Positions 49,337 to 59,661 of a stretch of DNA of 64,000 nt are shown piece after piece. The position numbers were made by a program, and so were the translations under genes. The notes under the pieces are model-generated. The model was not told the origin of the DNA, did not search any database, and saw only the letters and a list, made by a program, of their open reading frames with translations. How positions within the stretch are numbered: position 1 is the first letter of the stretch; every line of letters begins with the position of its first letter. The DNA comes from an uncultured Nitrospiraceae bacterium (lineage in GTDB: Bacteria > Nitrospirota > Thermodesulfovibrionia > Thermodesulfovibrionales > SM23-35): contig CAVSHB010000002.1 of the NCBI GenBank assembly GCA_963727775.1, positions 320,001 to 384,000 of the forward strand, read 5' to 3'.

Positions 49337-51589
49337 ATGAAAAAGTTAGCGATCTTTGTTCTCATGGTTTTTTCTGTTTTTATCCTCAGGTCAAATGCGT
49401 CATGCGCTCCTGTAAATGCTCCTGCAGCAACGGCTGATCAAACCGCGGAAAAATCTGCTGAAGCGTCTCTGAGTGAAGTCTCCGTCCGGGAATCGGTCCA
49501 TCCTGAGAAAGAGGGCATCAAGGACAAGAAAGTTACTTTTAACTTTGTTGATGTTGATCTCTCGGCCATAACAAAATTTATCAGTGAGATCACCGGTAAA
49601 AATTTTATCTTCGATGAAAAAGTAAAAGGCAAGATAACAATAATCGCTCCTTCAAAGCTGTCGGTCCAGGATGCATACAGCCTTTTTACTTCAGTGCTGG
49701 AGCTTAAAGGGTTCACGATTGTTCCTTCGGGCGTCGCCGTATATAAGATTGTGCCCGCCATAGAGGCGAAACAACGAGGTATGCAGATTTCTACGGGAAG
49801 AGTTCCTGTTAATGAAAGTTATACGGCGCGATTGATTCCCATAAAATATATATCTTCCGACGACGCGCTCCGTTTCCTTCAGCCGATCGTTTCAAAGGAC
49901 GGCCATATATCCGCCTTTGGACCGGGAAACCTCTTGTTGGTGATTGATTCAGGACTGAACCTGGAGAAGGTCCGCTCCATTCTTGAAGTGATAGACCAGC
50001 CTTTATTGAGGGAGGAGCCCGAGATTGTTCTCCTTAAATATGCGAGTGCGGAAGTTATCGCGAGGATATTAAACGAAGGAATAAGTTACGGCAAAAGCAG
50101 ACCGGGATCAGGGCAAGTGGCCAAATCCGAAGAAGTGAAGGTAGTCCCCGACCAAAGGCTGAACGCCGTAGTTATATTCGGAGATAAACTCGTGAGGGAG
50201 TCGATTAAGGGGCTTGTCGCCCTTCTTGATATCCCCGCACCCGGGGCGCAGGGACGTATAAACGTATGTTTTCTCGAAAATGCTGATGCGACGGAATTAT
50301 CAAAGGTCTTGGAAGGGATGTTGAAAGGGACCCCGGTAAAACAAACCGCTACAGCCGCAGCGGGGAGCCAGGCTGTTACGCCCTTTGAAGCCGGAGGAGG
50401 AATAGTCATTACGCCTGATAAGGCAACAAATTCACTTGTGATAGTTGCATCGCCCGCCGACTACCAGAATCTTATCCAGGTAGTAAAACAGCTCGACCGC
50501 AGAAGGAAACAGGTTTACGTCGAAGGAATGATTGTAGAGGCATCGATTGATAAAGTGCAGGATCTTGGATTGAAATGGAGGATTACCGCCCAAAAAGGAG
50601 GAGCTCCTGTAGCAATAGGCGGTTTTGGAACTATCGACTCCTCTTCCGTACAGGGTATCCTTTCCGGTCTATCCGGTATGACCGTCGGTGGTATGGGAAA
50701 CTTTATCAATGTTCCTTTTACAACGGTCGGGTCGGATGGCACAGTCACAAATTCGACCCTTACAGTTCCCGGTTTTTCAGCGTTGTTCAGCATGCAGGAA
50801 TTCAAGGATGCAATTAATGTCCTTTCAACACCGCAGATCCTGACGTCTGATAATAAAGAGGCGGAAATAATTGTCGGCGAAAACGTGCCTTTGATTTCCA
50901 AGCAAGAAGCTAATGCGGCACAACCGCAAGCTCTCTTTACCGATATAGAAAGAAAAGATGTCGGTGTCATCTTGAAGCTTACTCCGCAGATTACGGAAGG
51001 TGATTATGTGAAACTTGATCTCTATCAGGAGATTACAGCTGTCGAACAGGGACAGGCAAATATTATAGCTACAGTGGGCCCGAACTTGTCAAAACGCTCA
51101 ACAAGGACTTCTGTAGTTGTAAAAGACAATCAGACAGTTATTATCGGCGGGCTCATACAGGAAAGGGTTGAAGAGACTGTGACCAAGATCCCTTTCTTAG
51201 GAGACATACCGGGGCTTGGGCTGCTTTTCAAAAACAAATCAAAAGAGAAAACGAAAACGAACCTGCTCGTATTTTTGACGCCGCATATTGTGAAAGAAGC
51301 GGAACAGCTTGCGAAACTTACAGACAGGAAAAAAGTTGAATTTGCGAGGACTGAGGACACGTACATACAGGGAGAGTTGCTTGTGAAGTTCAGGGAAGGA
51401 ATTACCGGAGAGAGGATGACCGAAATACTCTCCGGCGAAGGGGCAACTGTGATTTCTTTATCAAAGCTCCAGGGACTTTACCATATAAGCCTGAAGAAAG
51501 GGCAGGATGTTGAAGATGCCGTCAAGATATTCAATGCCTATAAAGAAGTGGAATACGCGGAACCTAACTATATGATGAAGATAAAATGA
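49337..51589 (+). CDS. gspD: Type II secretion secretin GspD with a C-terminal subtilase-propeptide-like domain
   Basis: TFNFVDVDL..ITGKNFI N0, N-domains, QVYVEG.IVE, NVLSTP, NLLVFLTPHIV; extra C-terminal GELLVKF...EVEYAEPNY. Confidence 0.95.
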   Translation: MKKLAIFVLMVFSVFILRSNASCAPVNAPAATADQTAEKSAEASLSEVSVRESVHPEKEGIKDKKVTFNFVDVDLSAITKFISEITGKNFIFDEKVKGKITIIAPSKLSVQDAYSLFTSVLELKGFTIVPSGVAVYKIVPAIEAKQRGMQISTGRVPVNESYTARLIPIKYISSDDALRFLQPIVSKDGHISAFGPGNLLLVIDSGLNLEKVRSILEVIDQPLLREEPEIVLLKYASAEVIARILNEGISYGKSRPGSGQVAKSEEVKVVPDQRLNAVVIFGDKLVRESIKGLVALLDIPAPGAQGRINVCFLENADATELSKVLEGMLKGTPVKQTATAAAGSQAVTPFEAGGGIVITPDKATNSLVIVASPADYQNLIQVVKQLDRRRKQVYVEGMIVEASIDKVQDLGLKWRITAQKGGAPVAIGGFGTIDSSSVQGILSGLSGMTVGGMGNFINVPFTTVGSDGTVTNSTLTVPGFSALFSMQEFKDAINVLSTPQILTSDNKEAEIIVGENVPLISKQEANAAQPQALFTDIERKDVGVILKLTPQITEGDYVKLDLYQEITAVEQGQANIIATVGPNLSKRSTRTSVVVKDNQTVIIGGLIQERVEETVTKIPFLGDIPGLGLLFKNKSKEKTKTNLLVFLTPHIVKEAEQLAKLTDRKKVEFARTEDTYIQGELLVKFREGITGERMTEILSGEGATVISLSKLQGLYHISLKKGQDVEDAVKIFNAYKEVEYAEPNYMMKIK

Positions 51590-51673
51590 TGGATGCAAAA
51601 AATAAGTTTTTCCATAACAGCTTTACCATCTAAACTGCATAATCCATGTCGATCAATGGACCGTAATTAAGAA

Positions 51674-53194
51674 ATGGAACATATTGAAGTTATAAAAGAG
51701 GAAGACATAGAGGTTTCCATCCTTAAGAATATCCCGCTTAGTTTTGTAAAAAACAACCAAATATTTCCTATGAAGATAGATAATTCCGAACTGGTTGGAG
51801 CTGTTGCCGACGATAAGGGGGTGCTTGCTCTCTCTGAGGCGTCGAAAATGTTCGGCCTGAAGCCGCGGGCGTTAAAGGCGTCTGCCGGGGTCATCCTCGA
51901 CGCGATCAACAAGTTCTACGGAAACATGGGGTCTGCTGAAGAAGTGATGGATACCATAACTGGAGAGGACCTTTCCTCCGTTGCCACGGCATTTGAGGCC
52001 CCCAAAGACCTGCTTGAATTGACTGAAGAGGCGCCTATCATAAGGCTCCTTAATGCCTTGCTTCTGCAGGCAGTCAAAGAGAGGGCAAGTGACATCCACA
52101 TCGAGCCTTACGAAAAAGAGCTCGATGTAAGACTACGCGTCGATGGTGTGCTTCATAAGGTGCTGACACCGCCGAAGATCATTCAAGATGCATTAATCAG
52201 CAGAATAAAAATTATGTCCAATCTTGATATAGCGGAAAAAAGATTACCACAGGATGGAAGGATACGGCTTCTGCTCGGGGGAAGAGATATAGACATCAGG
52301 GTATCGGTCATCCCCACTTCTCATGGCGAGCGGGCGGTGCTCAGACTATTGGACAGAAAACAGGGCCTTCTGGGTTTATGGGAAGTCGGGTTTGACAAGA
52401 ATGACGAAAAGAAACTCGAAGAATATCTTCGGAGACCCGACGGCATCATACTTGTAACGGGCCCTACAGGCAGCGGTAAAACTACAACCCTCTACGCTGC
52501 ATTGAACAGGATACATACGGAAGAAAAGAACATCATAACAGTTGAAGACCCGATTGAATATCAATTGAAAGGCATCGGCCAGGTCCACGTGAACCCGAGA
52601 ATAGGGCTGACATTCGCGTCGGGACTGAGGTCGATTTTAAGACAGGACCCGGATGTTATTATGGTCGGAGAAATAAGAGACCTCGAGACTGCCGAGATAG
52701 CGATGCAGGCATCTCTCACCGGTCATCTGGTCTTAAGTACCCTTCATACAAATGACGCGCCGAGTGCGCTGGTAAGACTCATCGACATGGGCATAGAGCC
52801 TTTTTTGGTCGCCTCATCTCTGAGTGTTGTTCTGGCGCAGAGGCTTGTAAGGTCAATTTGTCTTCATTGTAAAGTATCTTATAGTCCGTCCGAGCTTGAA
52901 AGGTCTTACTTCAACAAACCGCCTGAAGTTTTATATCGAGGGACCGGATGCGATAAGTGCAGCAATAAAGGTTATTTCGGAAGGATAGGCATATTTGAGC
53001 TCCTTGCAATAGATAATGAAATACGGCCGATGATTACCGATAAGATTGATTCTCAGAGCGTAAAGAACCATGCGCTTTCCAGGGGGATGAAAACCCTTCG
53101 CCAGGACGGTCTCGAAAAGGTCATCGGCGGCGTTACAACCCTTGAAGAGGTTTTGAGGGTCACGCAAAAAGATTATGCCGATATTTCAATATAA
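51674..53194 (+). CDS. gspE: Type II secretion ATPase GspE
   Basis: ASDIHIEP, GPTGSGKTT, RQDPDVIMVGEIRD, CxxC/CxxC zinc site. Confidence 0.96.
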   Translation: MEHIEVIKEEDIEVSILKNIPLSFVKNNQIFPMKIDNSELVGAVADDKGVLALSEASKMFGLKPRALKASAGVILDAINKFYGNMGSAEEVMDTITGEDLSSVATAFEAPKDLLELTEEAPIIRLLNALLLQAVKERASDIHIEPYEKELDVRLRVDGVLHKVLTPPKIIQDALISRIKIMSNLDIAEKRLPQDGRIRLLLGGRDIDIRVSVIPTSHGERAVLRLLDRKQGLLGLWEVGFDKNDEKKLEEYLRRPDGIILVTGPTGSGKTTTLYAALNRIHTEEKNIITVEDPIEYQLKGIGQVHVNPRIGLTFASGLRSILRQDPDVIMVGEIRDLETAEIAMQASLTGHLVLSTLHTNDAPSALVRLIDMGIEPFLVASSLSVVLAQRLVRSICLHCKVSYSPSELERSYFNKPPEVLYRGTGCDKCSNKGYFGRIGIFELLAIDNEIRPMITDKIDSQSVKNHALSRGMKTLRQDGLEKVIGGVTTLEEVLRVTQKDYADISI

Positions 53195-54350
53195 AGGATA
53201 CAGGACTGACGGGTCTGAAATAGCCGGAACCATCGAAGCGAACAGCCAAAAGGACGCCGTATTAAGGCTAAAGGAATCGGGACTCTATCCAAAGGATGTA
53301 AAAGAAGCAATATATAAAGGCAAAGCAGGCTTTTTCCGCAGGCCCGATATTTCACTCCTTCCATCTACAACAAGACAATTATCCACACTCCTTTCTTCAG
53401 GGGTCACTTTAATGGAGGCGTTAAGTTCCATCTCTGAAGAAAATAAAGGTTTCTGGAAGAATATGTTGGTTGATATTAAAGAACGGGTCGAGGCCGGTTC
53501 AAGCTTTTCAAAGGCATTGGAGGAATATGGAAATATCTTCCCGGAATTTTACGTGAATATGGTTGCCGCAGGAGAGGCAAGCGGGACCCTTGATAAGGTC
53601 CTCATACGCATGGCTGATTTCCTGGAAGACCAGGACAACCTGAAATCAAAAGTGAGAACTTCGATGGTTTATCCCGTCTTCATGATCTGCGTGGGGTTCA
53701 TTGTCCTTTCTTTTTTATTCGCATTTGTCATACCGAAGATTACAAAGATTTTCAAGGACACCGGCAGCGCCCTTCCCCTTATCACAACAATCCTTATATT
53801 TGTCAGTGATATTTTTCAGCGCTACTGGTGGCTTTTGATCGGGTTGGTTATAGGAGGGTTTTACGGTCTCAGGAGGATGAAAGAAAAGAATGCTTTGTTT
53901 ATTGACGGTCTCATTTTGCGGATGCCGGGCAATGTATTGCAGAGCCTTTATTTCGGAAGGTTCACACGGACATTAGGCTTCTTGCTGGAGGGAGGCCTTC
54001 CTGTTCTCAAAGCGCTTGATCTTGCTGCAAAATCAATCGGCAATGAGGTGATCGAGGCGCGGGTGCTCGAAGCCGGGAAACGGGTCGCGGAGGGGGCGAG
54101 GCTTTCTGCATCTCTGGAGGGGTTCCCGCCTGTGCTGTTGCAGCTTATTTCGACAGGGGAGAAAAGCGGGCAGTTGGTCCAAATATTGGGAAATGCGGCT
54201 GACTCGTATGAGGAAGAATTCTCAAGGAGAGTGCAGAAGGCTTTGTCTCTCCTTGAGCCCGGGATGATTTTGGTTATGGGATTCGTCGTAGGGCTTATAG
54301 TTCTCGCTATCCTTTTGCCGATATTCCAGTTGAACCAGCTGATAAAATGA
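53175..54350 (+). CDS. gspF: Type II secretion inner membrane platform GspF
   Basis: RQLSTLL.SG, AGEASG.L, YP, GE.SG.L, LEP. Confidence 0.95.
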   Translation: MPIFQYKGYRTDGSEIAGTIEANSQKDAVLRLKESGLYPKDVKEAIYKGKAGFFRRPDISLLPSTTRQLSTLLSSGVTLMEALSSISEENKGFWKNMLVDIKERVEAGSSFSKALEEYGNIFPEFYVNMVAAGEASGTLDKVLIRMADFLEDQDNLKSKVRTSMVYPVFMICVGFIVLSFLFAFVIPKITKIFKDTGSALPLITTILIFVSDIFQRYWWLLIGLVIGGFYGLRRMKEKNALFIDGLILRMPGNVLQSLYFGRFTRTLGFLLEGGLPVLKALDLAAKSIGNEVIEARVLEAGKRVAEGARLSASLEGFPPVLLQLISTGEKSGQLVQILGNAADSYEEEFSRRVQKALSLLEPGMILVMGFVVGLIVLAILLPIFQLNQLIK

Positions 54351-54360
54351 ATATGGTAGA

Positions 54361-54470
54361 AAAGCCGGGTCATCGTATTTGCGCTCATTCTCGTCCCCGA
54401 AAGCTTTCGGGGCCTCCGAGGTTTTCGCTTATCAGCGAAAAAAACCGCTCAAATATTATAACCCGGCTTT
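54361..54470. repeat. Structured intergenic palindromic element between gspF and gspG
   Basis: Outer inverted repeat aaagccgggt/acccggcttt encloses ccccgaaagctttcgggg and ttttcgct-tatc-agcgaaaa. Confidence 0.7.
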
Positions 54471-54490
54471 CGTGAAAATAGGAGGAACGA

Positions 54491-54919
54491 ATGAAAAATA
54501 AAGGGTTTACGCTTCTCGAAATTATCGTGGTGGTTTTCATACTAAGTCTTCTGGTGGCTATTGTGGCGCCTAAGATAATCGGTAGGACTGATGATGCGCG
54601 CATTGCAGAGGCCAAGGTCCAGATCAGGAATTTTGAGACGGCACTCAAGCTTTTTAAGATCGACAACGGCTTTTATCCAAGCACAGAGCAAGGGCTTGCG
54701 TCATTAGTGGAAAAACCGAACACAGGACAGATTCCTCAGAAATACAGAGAGGGCGGGTACCTTGAACAGAAAAAGATCCCACTTGACCCTTGGGGCAACC
54801 CCTATGTGTATATATCTCCGGGTGTATACGGTGACTTTGATATCATGAGTTATGGAGCGGATGGAAAAGAAGGCGGGGAAGGCAAGAATGCCGATATCAA
54901 GAGCTGGGATTTGCAATAG
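54491..54919 (+). CDS. gspG: Major pseudopilin GspG
   Basis: GFTLLE prepilin site, YPSTEQGL..LV, DPWGNPY, SYGADG.EGGEG..ADI. Confidence 0.97.
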   Translation: MKNKGFTLLEIIVVVFILSLLVAIVAPKIIGRTDDARIAEAKVQIRNFETALKLFKIDNGFYPSTEQGLASLVEKPNTGQIPQKYREGGYLEQKKIPLDPWGNPYVYISPGVYGDFDIMSYGADGKEGGEGKNADIKSWDLQ

Positions 54920-55394
54920 CCGCGGGTTCACTCTCCTTGAACTCATCGCTGTAATGTTCATTATTTCTGTGGTTGCGGCCATTGCTCTGCCGTCTTTTAT
55001 CGGGGTTGGAGAAAGCAAAGTCAAATCAGAGGCACGGGAAATGGCCTCAATATTGACTTATCTGAACGATAGCGCAGCCTCAAGGAAAGAGACATTTGTC
55101 ATGAGATTTGATCTTGATAATAATACGGTATTCTGGAAAGGGCCTGAGGGAGAGAAGACAAAAAAGTTTGATGATATGACAGGAGTGACCACTCAAGCGG
55201 CCGGGACCGTCTCCAAAGGAGAACTGACCTTCTTATTCGGGCCGTTTGGAATTGGTGAAAATATCAGTGTTCATATGAGCAAGGGAGACCAGAGCATGAC
55301 AATCACTTTGAACCATTTAAGCGGAAGGGTGAAGATAAAGGATGACGCAGGAAGCAGTGAGGATGAAAACGGGGCCCGCAAAGAAGGGCAATAA
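54888..55394 (+). CDS. gspH: Minor pseudopilin GspH
   Basis: RGFTLLEL type IV prepilin motif; position after gspG. The ORF track starts at 54852. Confidence 0.85.
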   Translation: MPISRAGICNSRGFTLLELIAVMFIISVVAAIALPSFIGVGESKVKSEAREMASILTYLNDSAASRKETFVMRFDLDNNTVFWKGPEGEKTKKFDDMTGVTTQAAGTVSKGELTFLFGPFGIGENISVHMSKGDQSMTITLNHLSGRVKIKDDAGSSEDENGARKEGQ

Positions 55395-55755
55395 GTTTGT
55401 CCTTGATCCTTCTTTTTTTATTCACCGGGAAAATGGTTTTTCTTTGCTTGAAGTGTTGATCGCTCTTGCGATTGTCGGCGGTCTTTTGGTGACCCTCATA
55501 TATACTTTGAACTATCAGTTGAGTCTCGTGGACAGGCAGGAGGTCATTACTGTCGCGACCTTTCTCGCAAAGAGTAAAATGGCCGATTTAGAAAAGAGTC
55601 CCGAAAATAAGAAAGGGGATTTTGAAACTCCTTACGATGGCTATTCATACGAGACCTCTATTAAGGACTCGCCATACGTCGGCATATCTGAAATTATGGT
55701 TTCGGTAAAAGGAGGCAGGGAAGAGGTAAAATTGAATGAGTTTGTTTTTAAATAA
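55342..55755 (+). CDS. gspI: Minor pseudopilin GspI
   Basis: GFSLLEVLIALAI; position in the operon. Confidence 0.85.
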   Translation: MTQEAVRMKTGPAKKGNKFVLDPSFFIHRENGFSLLEVLIALAIVGGLLVTLIYTLNYQLSLVDRQEVITVATFLAKSKMADLEKSPENKKGDFETPYDGYSYETSIKDSPYVGISEIMVSVKGGREEVKLNEFVFK

Positions 55756-56380
55756 AAATCATCGTATATCTCTCCATACAGCTATTGCCGGGAACGAGCG
55801 AAACGGTGGAGGTTTCACCCTTATCGAAATCCTTGTGGCTTTTACAATTCTTTCAATAGTTCTGGCCGCTGTCTACAGCACTTTTTTCTTGAGCCACAAG
55901 GCAATGGACGGCATGGATGAATACATGTTAAAACTCCGGGAATCACGGAGGGCGATTGACATCCTAAAGCGCGAACTCGATTCTGCTTTCTATCGGCGTG
56001 ACGATCAGAGTACATTGTTTAAGATATATGACAAGGACATATTCGGCAAACAGGCGTCTCAGCTTGCTTTTACGGCTTTTTCAACACTAAGGCCGGGGGT
56101 TTCGAGAATCGTTTATTATATCGAAGATAAAGACGGGAAATTAAATCTTCTTAAGAAAATAGAGTCGCCTTTTCAGAAGGAAGAAACCGACGGGGTGGAA
56201 ATAATAGAGGACCTGGACGCGTTCACCGTTGAAGCAAAATACGGTGATACGTGGGTAAAAACATGGGATGCGGACATGAATAACGACACCCCGGAAGAAA
56301 TCAGAATAAGCCTCTCCGTGATGATAAAGGATAAAAAAATGACTTTGTCCGATGTATCAAAACCAATGGTCAAATCGTAA
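55736..56380 (+). CDS. gspJ: Minor pseudopilin GspJ
   Basis: GFTLIEILVA, W..TW....P..IRI. Confidence 0.87.
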   Translation: MSLFLNKNHRISLHTAIAGNERNGGGFTLIEILVAFTILSIVLAAVYSTFFLSHKAMDGMDEYMLKLRESRRAIDILKRELDSAFYRRDDQSTLFKIYDKDIFGKQASQLAFTAFSTLRPGVSRIVYYIEDKDGKLNLLKKIESPFQKEETDGVEIIEDLDAFTVEAKYGDTWVKTWDADMNNDTPEEIRISLSVMIKDKKMTLSDVSKPMVKS

Positions 56381-56385
56381 TACAC

Positions 56386-57306
56386 ATGACACAAGGACAA
56401 TCAGATCAGCAAAGTTATATGGCAAACCATAAGGGAATAGCTTTAGTTATTGTCCTTCTGGCATTGGCCCTTATCACCGCCATGGTAGTCGAGTTTTCGT
56501 ATGCAGTATATACCGGCACCAATGATCTTTATAATTGGCGCGATGGCCAGCGCCTCTCTATAATGGCAAGATCAGGAATAAATGTGACTATAAAGTTATT
56601 GCCGTATGTGCTTGCAGAGCAAAAATATTCGCAGGGCGTGATGGAGCGGCCTATAGAGAACCCTTTTGAAGATTTCAATGGAACCATAACAGTGAGGGTT
56701 GAGGATGAGAGTTCCAAGCTCAGCCTGAAATTCTTAGTAGATGATTTCGGGAATCATAATAATGTCGCTTATGATGAATTCAAGAGACTTCTAAGCGTGC
56801 TTTCGTTGAATGAAAAGATTGCGGATAGAGTTGTCGACTGGATTGTGAAAAAGAGAGAAACCGGATTCTCTGCCTCCGGAGAAAACAATAAGCATTATAG
56901 ACTCCGCAGTGTCGATGAACTCCTAATGATAGATGGAATAGACAGGAACGCTTATGATAAATTATTGCCATATGTTACTGTTTATGGGCCGGATATGACT
57001 GATTACTCTATTAATGTTAACGGCGCCGGGAAGCCCTTATTGATGAGCATATTGCACGCCAATGGATCGTTTCCCATAACAGAGGACCGAGCTGATAGAA
57101 TAATTAAATATAGAGAGCTCTCTCCTTTTTTATTCTGGGGAGATTTTAATAATTTTGCAGGGACATCATTTTCAGCAGACCGGATCAAGACTATGGGTAC
57201 AGATTTTTCAATAAAAGCGACCGCCTCTTCCGGCGGAGTAAAAAGGATAATCGAATCAGTTTTAAATACATCAGCCGGTAAAATTGAATACTGGAAGGAA
57301 TATTAA
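56386..57306 (+). CDS. gspK: Minor pseudopilin GspK
   Basis: KGIALVIVL, DESSK, DW, EL..I.GI, INVN.A. Confidence 0.9.
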   Translation: MTQGQSDQQSYMANHKGIALVIVLLALALITAMVVEFSYAVYTGTNDLYNWRDGQRLSIMARSGINVTIKLLPYVLAEQKYSQGVMERPIENPFEDFNGTITVRVEDESSKLSLKFLVDDFGNHNNVAYDEFKRLLSVLSLNEKIADRVVDWIVKKRETGFSASGENNKHYRLRSVDELLMIDGIDRNAYDKLLPYVTVYGPDMTDYSINVNGAGKPLLMSILHANGSFPITEDRADRIIKYRELSPFLFWGDFNNFAGTSFSADRIKTMGTDFSIKATASSGGVKRIIESVLNTSAGKIEYWKEY

Positions 57307-58370
57307 TGGGCAAGGCTTTGTTTATCGATATAAAGGAAAAAGAACTCAGCACATATCTGTTTGATATCAAAGTCAACAAATATGAAATAGGGGAAATCAG
57401 GAAATATCCCGTCTCTGAAAAATTTGATTTCTCGTTTGACATCGGGACCGAGAAGATTGAAAACGCCTATGTAAGCCTCCCATTGAGCAGCCTGAACTTC
57501 AGGGTCATTGAACTGCCGTTTTCCGATAAAGACAGGATTAGGGAAGTGCTTCCGTTTGAGCTCGACGGGATGATATTGGGCGGGACTGACACAGTAGTCT
57601 TTGACAGTGTGATCGTAGGAACATCCGACGATAAGCAACAGGTGCTTGCGGCATATATTGATAAAAAAGATCTCCGGCATCTGCTCGGAAAATTAAAAAC
57701 ATATCATATTGATCCTGTCTTTATTACGTCATTGGAGCTTAAAAACATTCTGAATGATTTTTCTATGGGAAGTCTTCTTTCCCCTCCTGAGCTTGAGGAC
57801 AAAGACAGGATAGAACTGGCTTCCCGGGAAATAAAAGCCCCAGTGATCGACCTGAGAAGGCACGAGTTTTCATACACACGGGAACGTGAGAAGACAAAAA
57901 AGAAGCTGAGGTTAACGGCTGCGCTTCTGGCGTTGCTTGCGCTTGTTCTGTCCGCAGACTTATTGATGAAGATTGTGTCTGCGCGGAGTGAGGCGGCATT
58001 ATTAAAGAACGAGATGCGGAAACAGTATCAGGAAGTCTTTCCCGGAGAGAAAAATATCATGAATGAGCTTTATCAGTTTAAATCCCATATGAAGGAGTTG
58101 AAAAGTAAAGAGGATATTTTCATTGGCGTTGATCCTCTCAGACTGCTTTTAAGTCTCTCCCGTTTGGAGAAACAAGGTGTTGCTTTCAATGAGATAACTG
58201 CGGAAAAAGGGAATATCACCTTGAAAGGTGAGACTGCGTCCTTAAGCGAAGTCCAGCAGATAAAGGGGAAGCTGGAAAGTATTTTTAATGAGGTGAATAT
58301 ATCCGATTCAAAATCCTCTGCGCAGGGCAGGATGCTGTTTACCATAACAGCAAAGGAGAAAAGGTCTTGA
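57306..58370 (+). CDS. gspL: Type II secretion protein GspL
   Basis: LPF....I..VLPFEL cytoplasmic domain, DLR..EF, TM, ferredoxin-like periplasmic domain. Confidence 0.87.
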   Translation: MGKALFIDIKEKELSTYLFDIKVNKYEIGEIRKYPVSEKFDFSFDIGTEKIENAYVSLPLSSLNFRVIELPFSDKDRIREVLPFELDGMILGGTDTVVFDSVIVGTSDDKQQVLAAYIDKKDLRHLLGKLKTYHIDPVFITSLELKNILNDFSMGSLLSPPELEDKDRIELASREIKAPVIDLRRHEFSYTREREKTKKKLRLTAALLALLALVLSADLLMKIVSARSEAALLKNEMRKQYQEVFPGEKNIMNELYQFKSHMKELKSKEDIFIGVDPLRLLLSLSRLEKQGVAFNEITAEKGNITLKGETASLSEVQQIKGKLESIFNEVNISDSKSSAQGRMLFTITAKEKRS

Positions 58371-58876
58371 TACCAGCGCTGGTGAAGGACAGAAGGATCC
58401 AGGTTGCATCGAGTTGTTTGATCGCTTTTGTGCTTGCTGTAATGTTCGGAGTGCATTTGCTTTCATCCGAGAGAAAAGAACTCAAACAACTGAATGAACA
58501 GAGAAAAGAAATGCTGCTGCTGAAAGATGAATTCATATCTTTGAAACAGAGAATTAATGTTGTGGAAAGCAAGAAGAACCTGTCAAATGCTCAGGGTATT
58601 GTTCAGGCTGTTGATGAGGTTTTTCTGTCTGTCGGGCTGAAGGATAAGGTCAAGTCGGTTAAATCTACGGGGAAGAGAGAAGTCAAGGACGGATTTGAAG
58701 AAGAGGCCGATATTTACATCGAAAAAGTAAGCATGAATGAAATGGCAAATATTTTTTACAGGATCGAGAACGCGCCGGTTATTCTCACGATCAAAAAAGC
58801 CGCAATAAAAAAATCCTTTGAAAACCCCGAGCTCCTGAACATATCCCTCGCTCTTTCTTTTCTGAAAACGAAGTGA
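58367..58876 (+). CDS. gspM: Type II secretion protein GspM
   Basis: TM plus coiled coil; position between gspL and gspN. Confidence 0.75.
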   Translation: MIPALVKDRRIQVASSCLIAFVLAVMFGVHLLSSERKELKQLNEQRKEMLLLKDEFISLKQRINVVESKKNLSNAQGIVQAVDEVFLSVGLKDKVKSVKSTGKREVKDGFEEEADIYIEKVSMNEMANIFYRIENAPVILTIKKAAIKKSFENPELLNISLALSFLKTK

Positions 58877-59652
58877 AAAAAATCCTCATTGCACTGGTTT
58901 TTATCATGGTTATTGTCTGTAGCTTATGGATAATGTTCCCTGCAAATTCTATCCAGTCTATTATTGAGGATTCTGTTACGGACAAGAAATTTAATTTAGA
59001 GATCAAAGGTCTTAAAAAAGGGTTGTTTTATAATCTGAGCGCCGACAGTATAATATTGAAGAGCTCCGGCCTAAAGGTAGTCTCCTTAACCGGTATTCAC
59101 GGAAATATCGATCCTATGAGTCTCGCGGTGTTGCGTCCAAAGGTAATGATGAATGGGAATATCGGCGGGGGGAATTTTTCAGGCACTGTCGGTTTTGCAA
59201 AAAACAACGTGCAGGTGAACATTAATTTTAAGCAGGTCGGCATAAATGAGGCGCCGTTTTTCAGCCAAATCGGTATACGCGGCGAAGGGACTGTTTCAGG
59301 TAAATTAGTTATGACGGACAATAAGGGGAATATTGGATTTGTTACGAAAGACGCAAACTTCGAGCAGGCGAAAATCGCCGGGGTCAGTGTGCCGCTGAAT
59401 CTTTTCCATGCTGTTTCAGGCATTGTCGACATAAACGGTAATCTGCTCAGTATTGGTTCTCTCTTCCTTGAAGGCAAGGATATCAGTGCGAGGCTAAAAG
59501 GTATAATAAAAGATACTGGTATGGACCTTAAGATGGAAATAATGCCCGGCAGATCTTTTGCTGAAAATCCATTATTCATTTCCGGACTCGAAAGATATAA
59601 AATTTCTCCGGGATATTATGTAATCCCTCTAAAGGGCAATCTGTCCCTCTGA
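58873..59652 (+). CDS. gspN: Type II secretion protein GspN
   Basis: N-terminal TM ending ..FP, beta-rich AsmA-like body, C-terminal L.G.L. Confidence 0.78.
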   Translation: MKKILIALVFIMVIVCSLWIMFPANSIQSIIEDSVTDKKFNLEIKGLKKGLFYNLSADSIILKSSGLKVVSLTGIHGNIDPMSLAVLRPKVMMNGNIGGGNFSGTVGFAKNNVQVNINFKQVGINEAPFFSQIGIRGEGTVSGKLVMTDNKGNIGFVTKDANFEQAKIAGVSVPLNLFHAVSGIVDINGNLLSIGSLFLEGKDISARLKGIIKDTGMDLKMEIMPGRSFAENPLFISGLERYKISPGYYVIPLKGNLSL

Positions 59653-59661
59653 GGAGATAGC

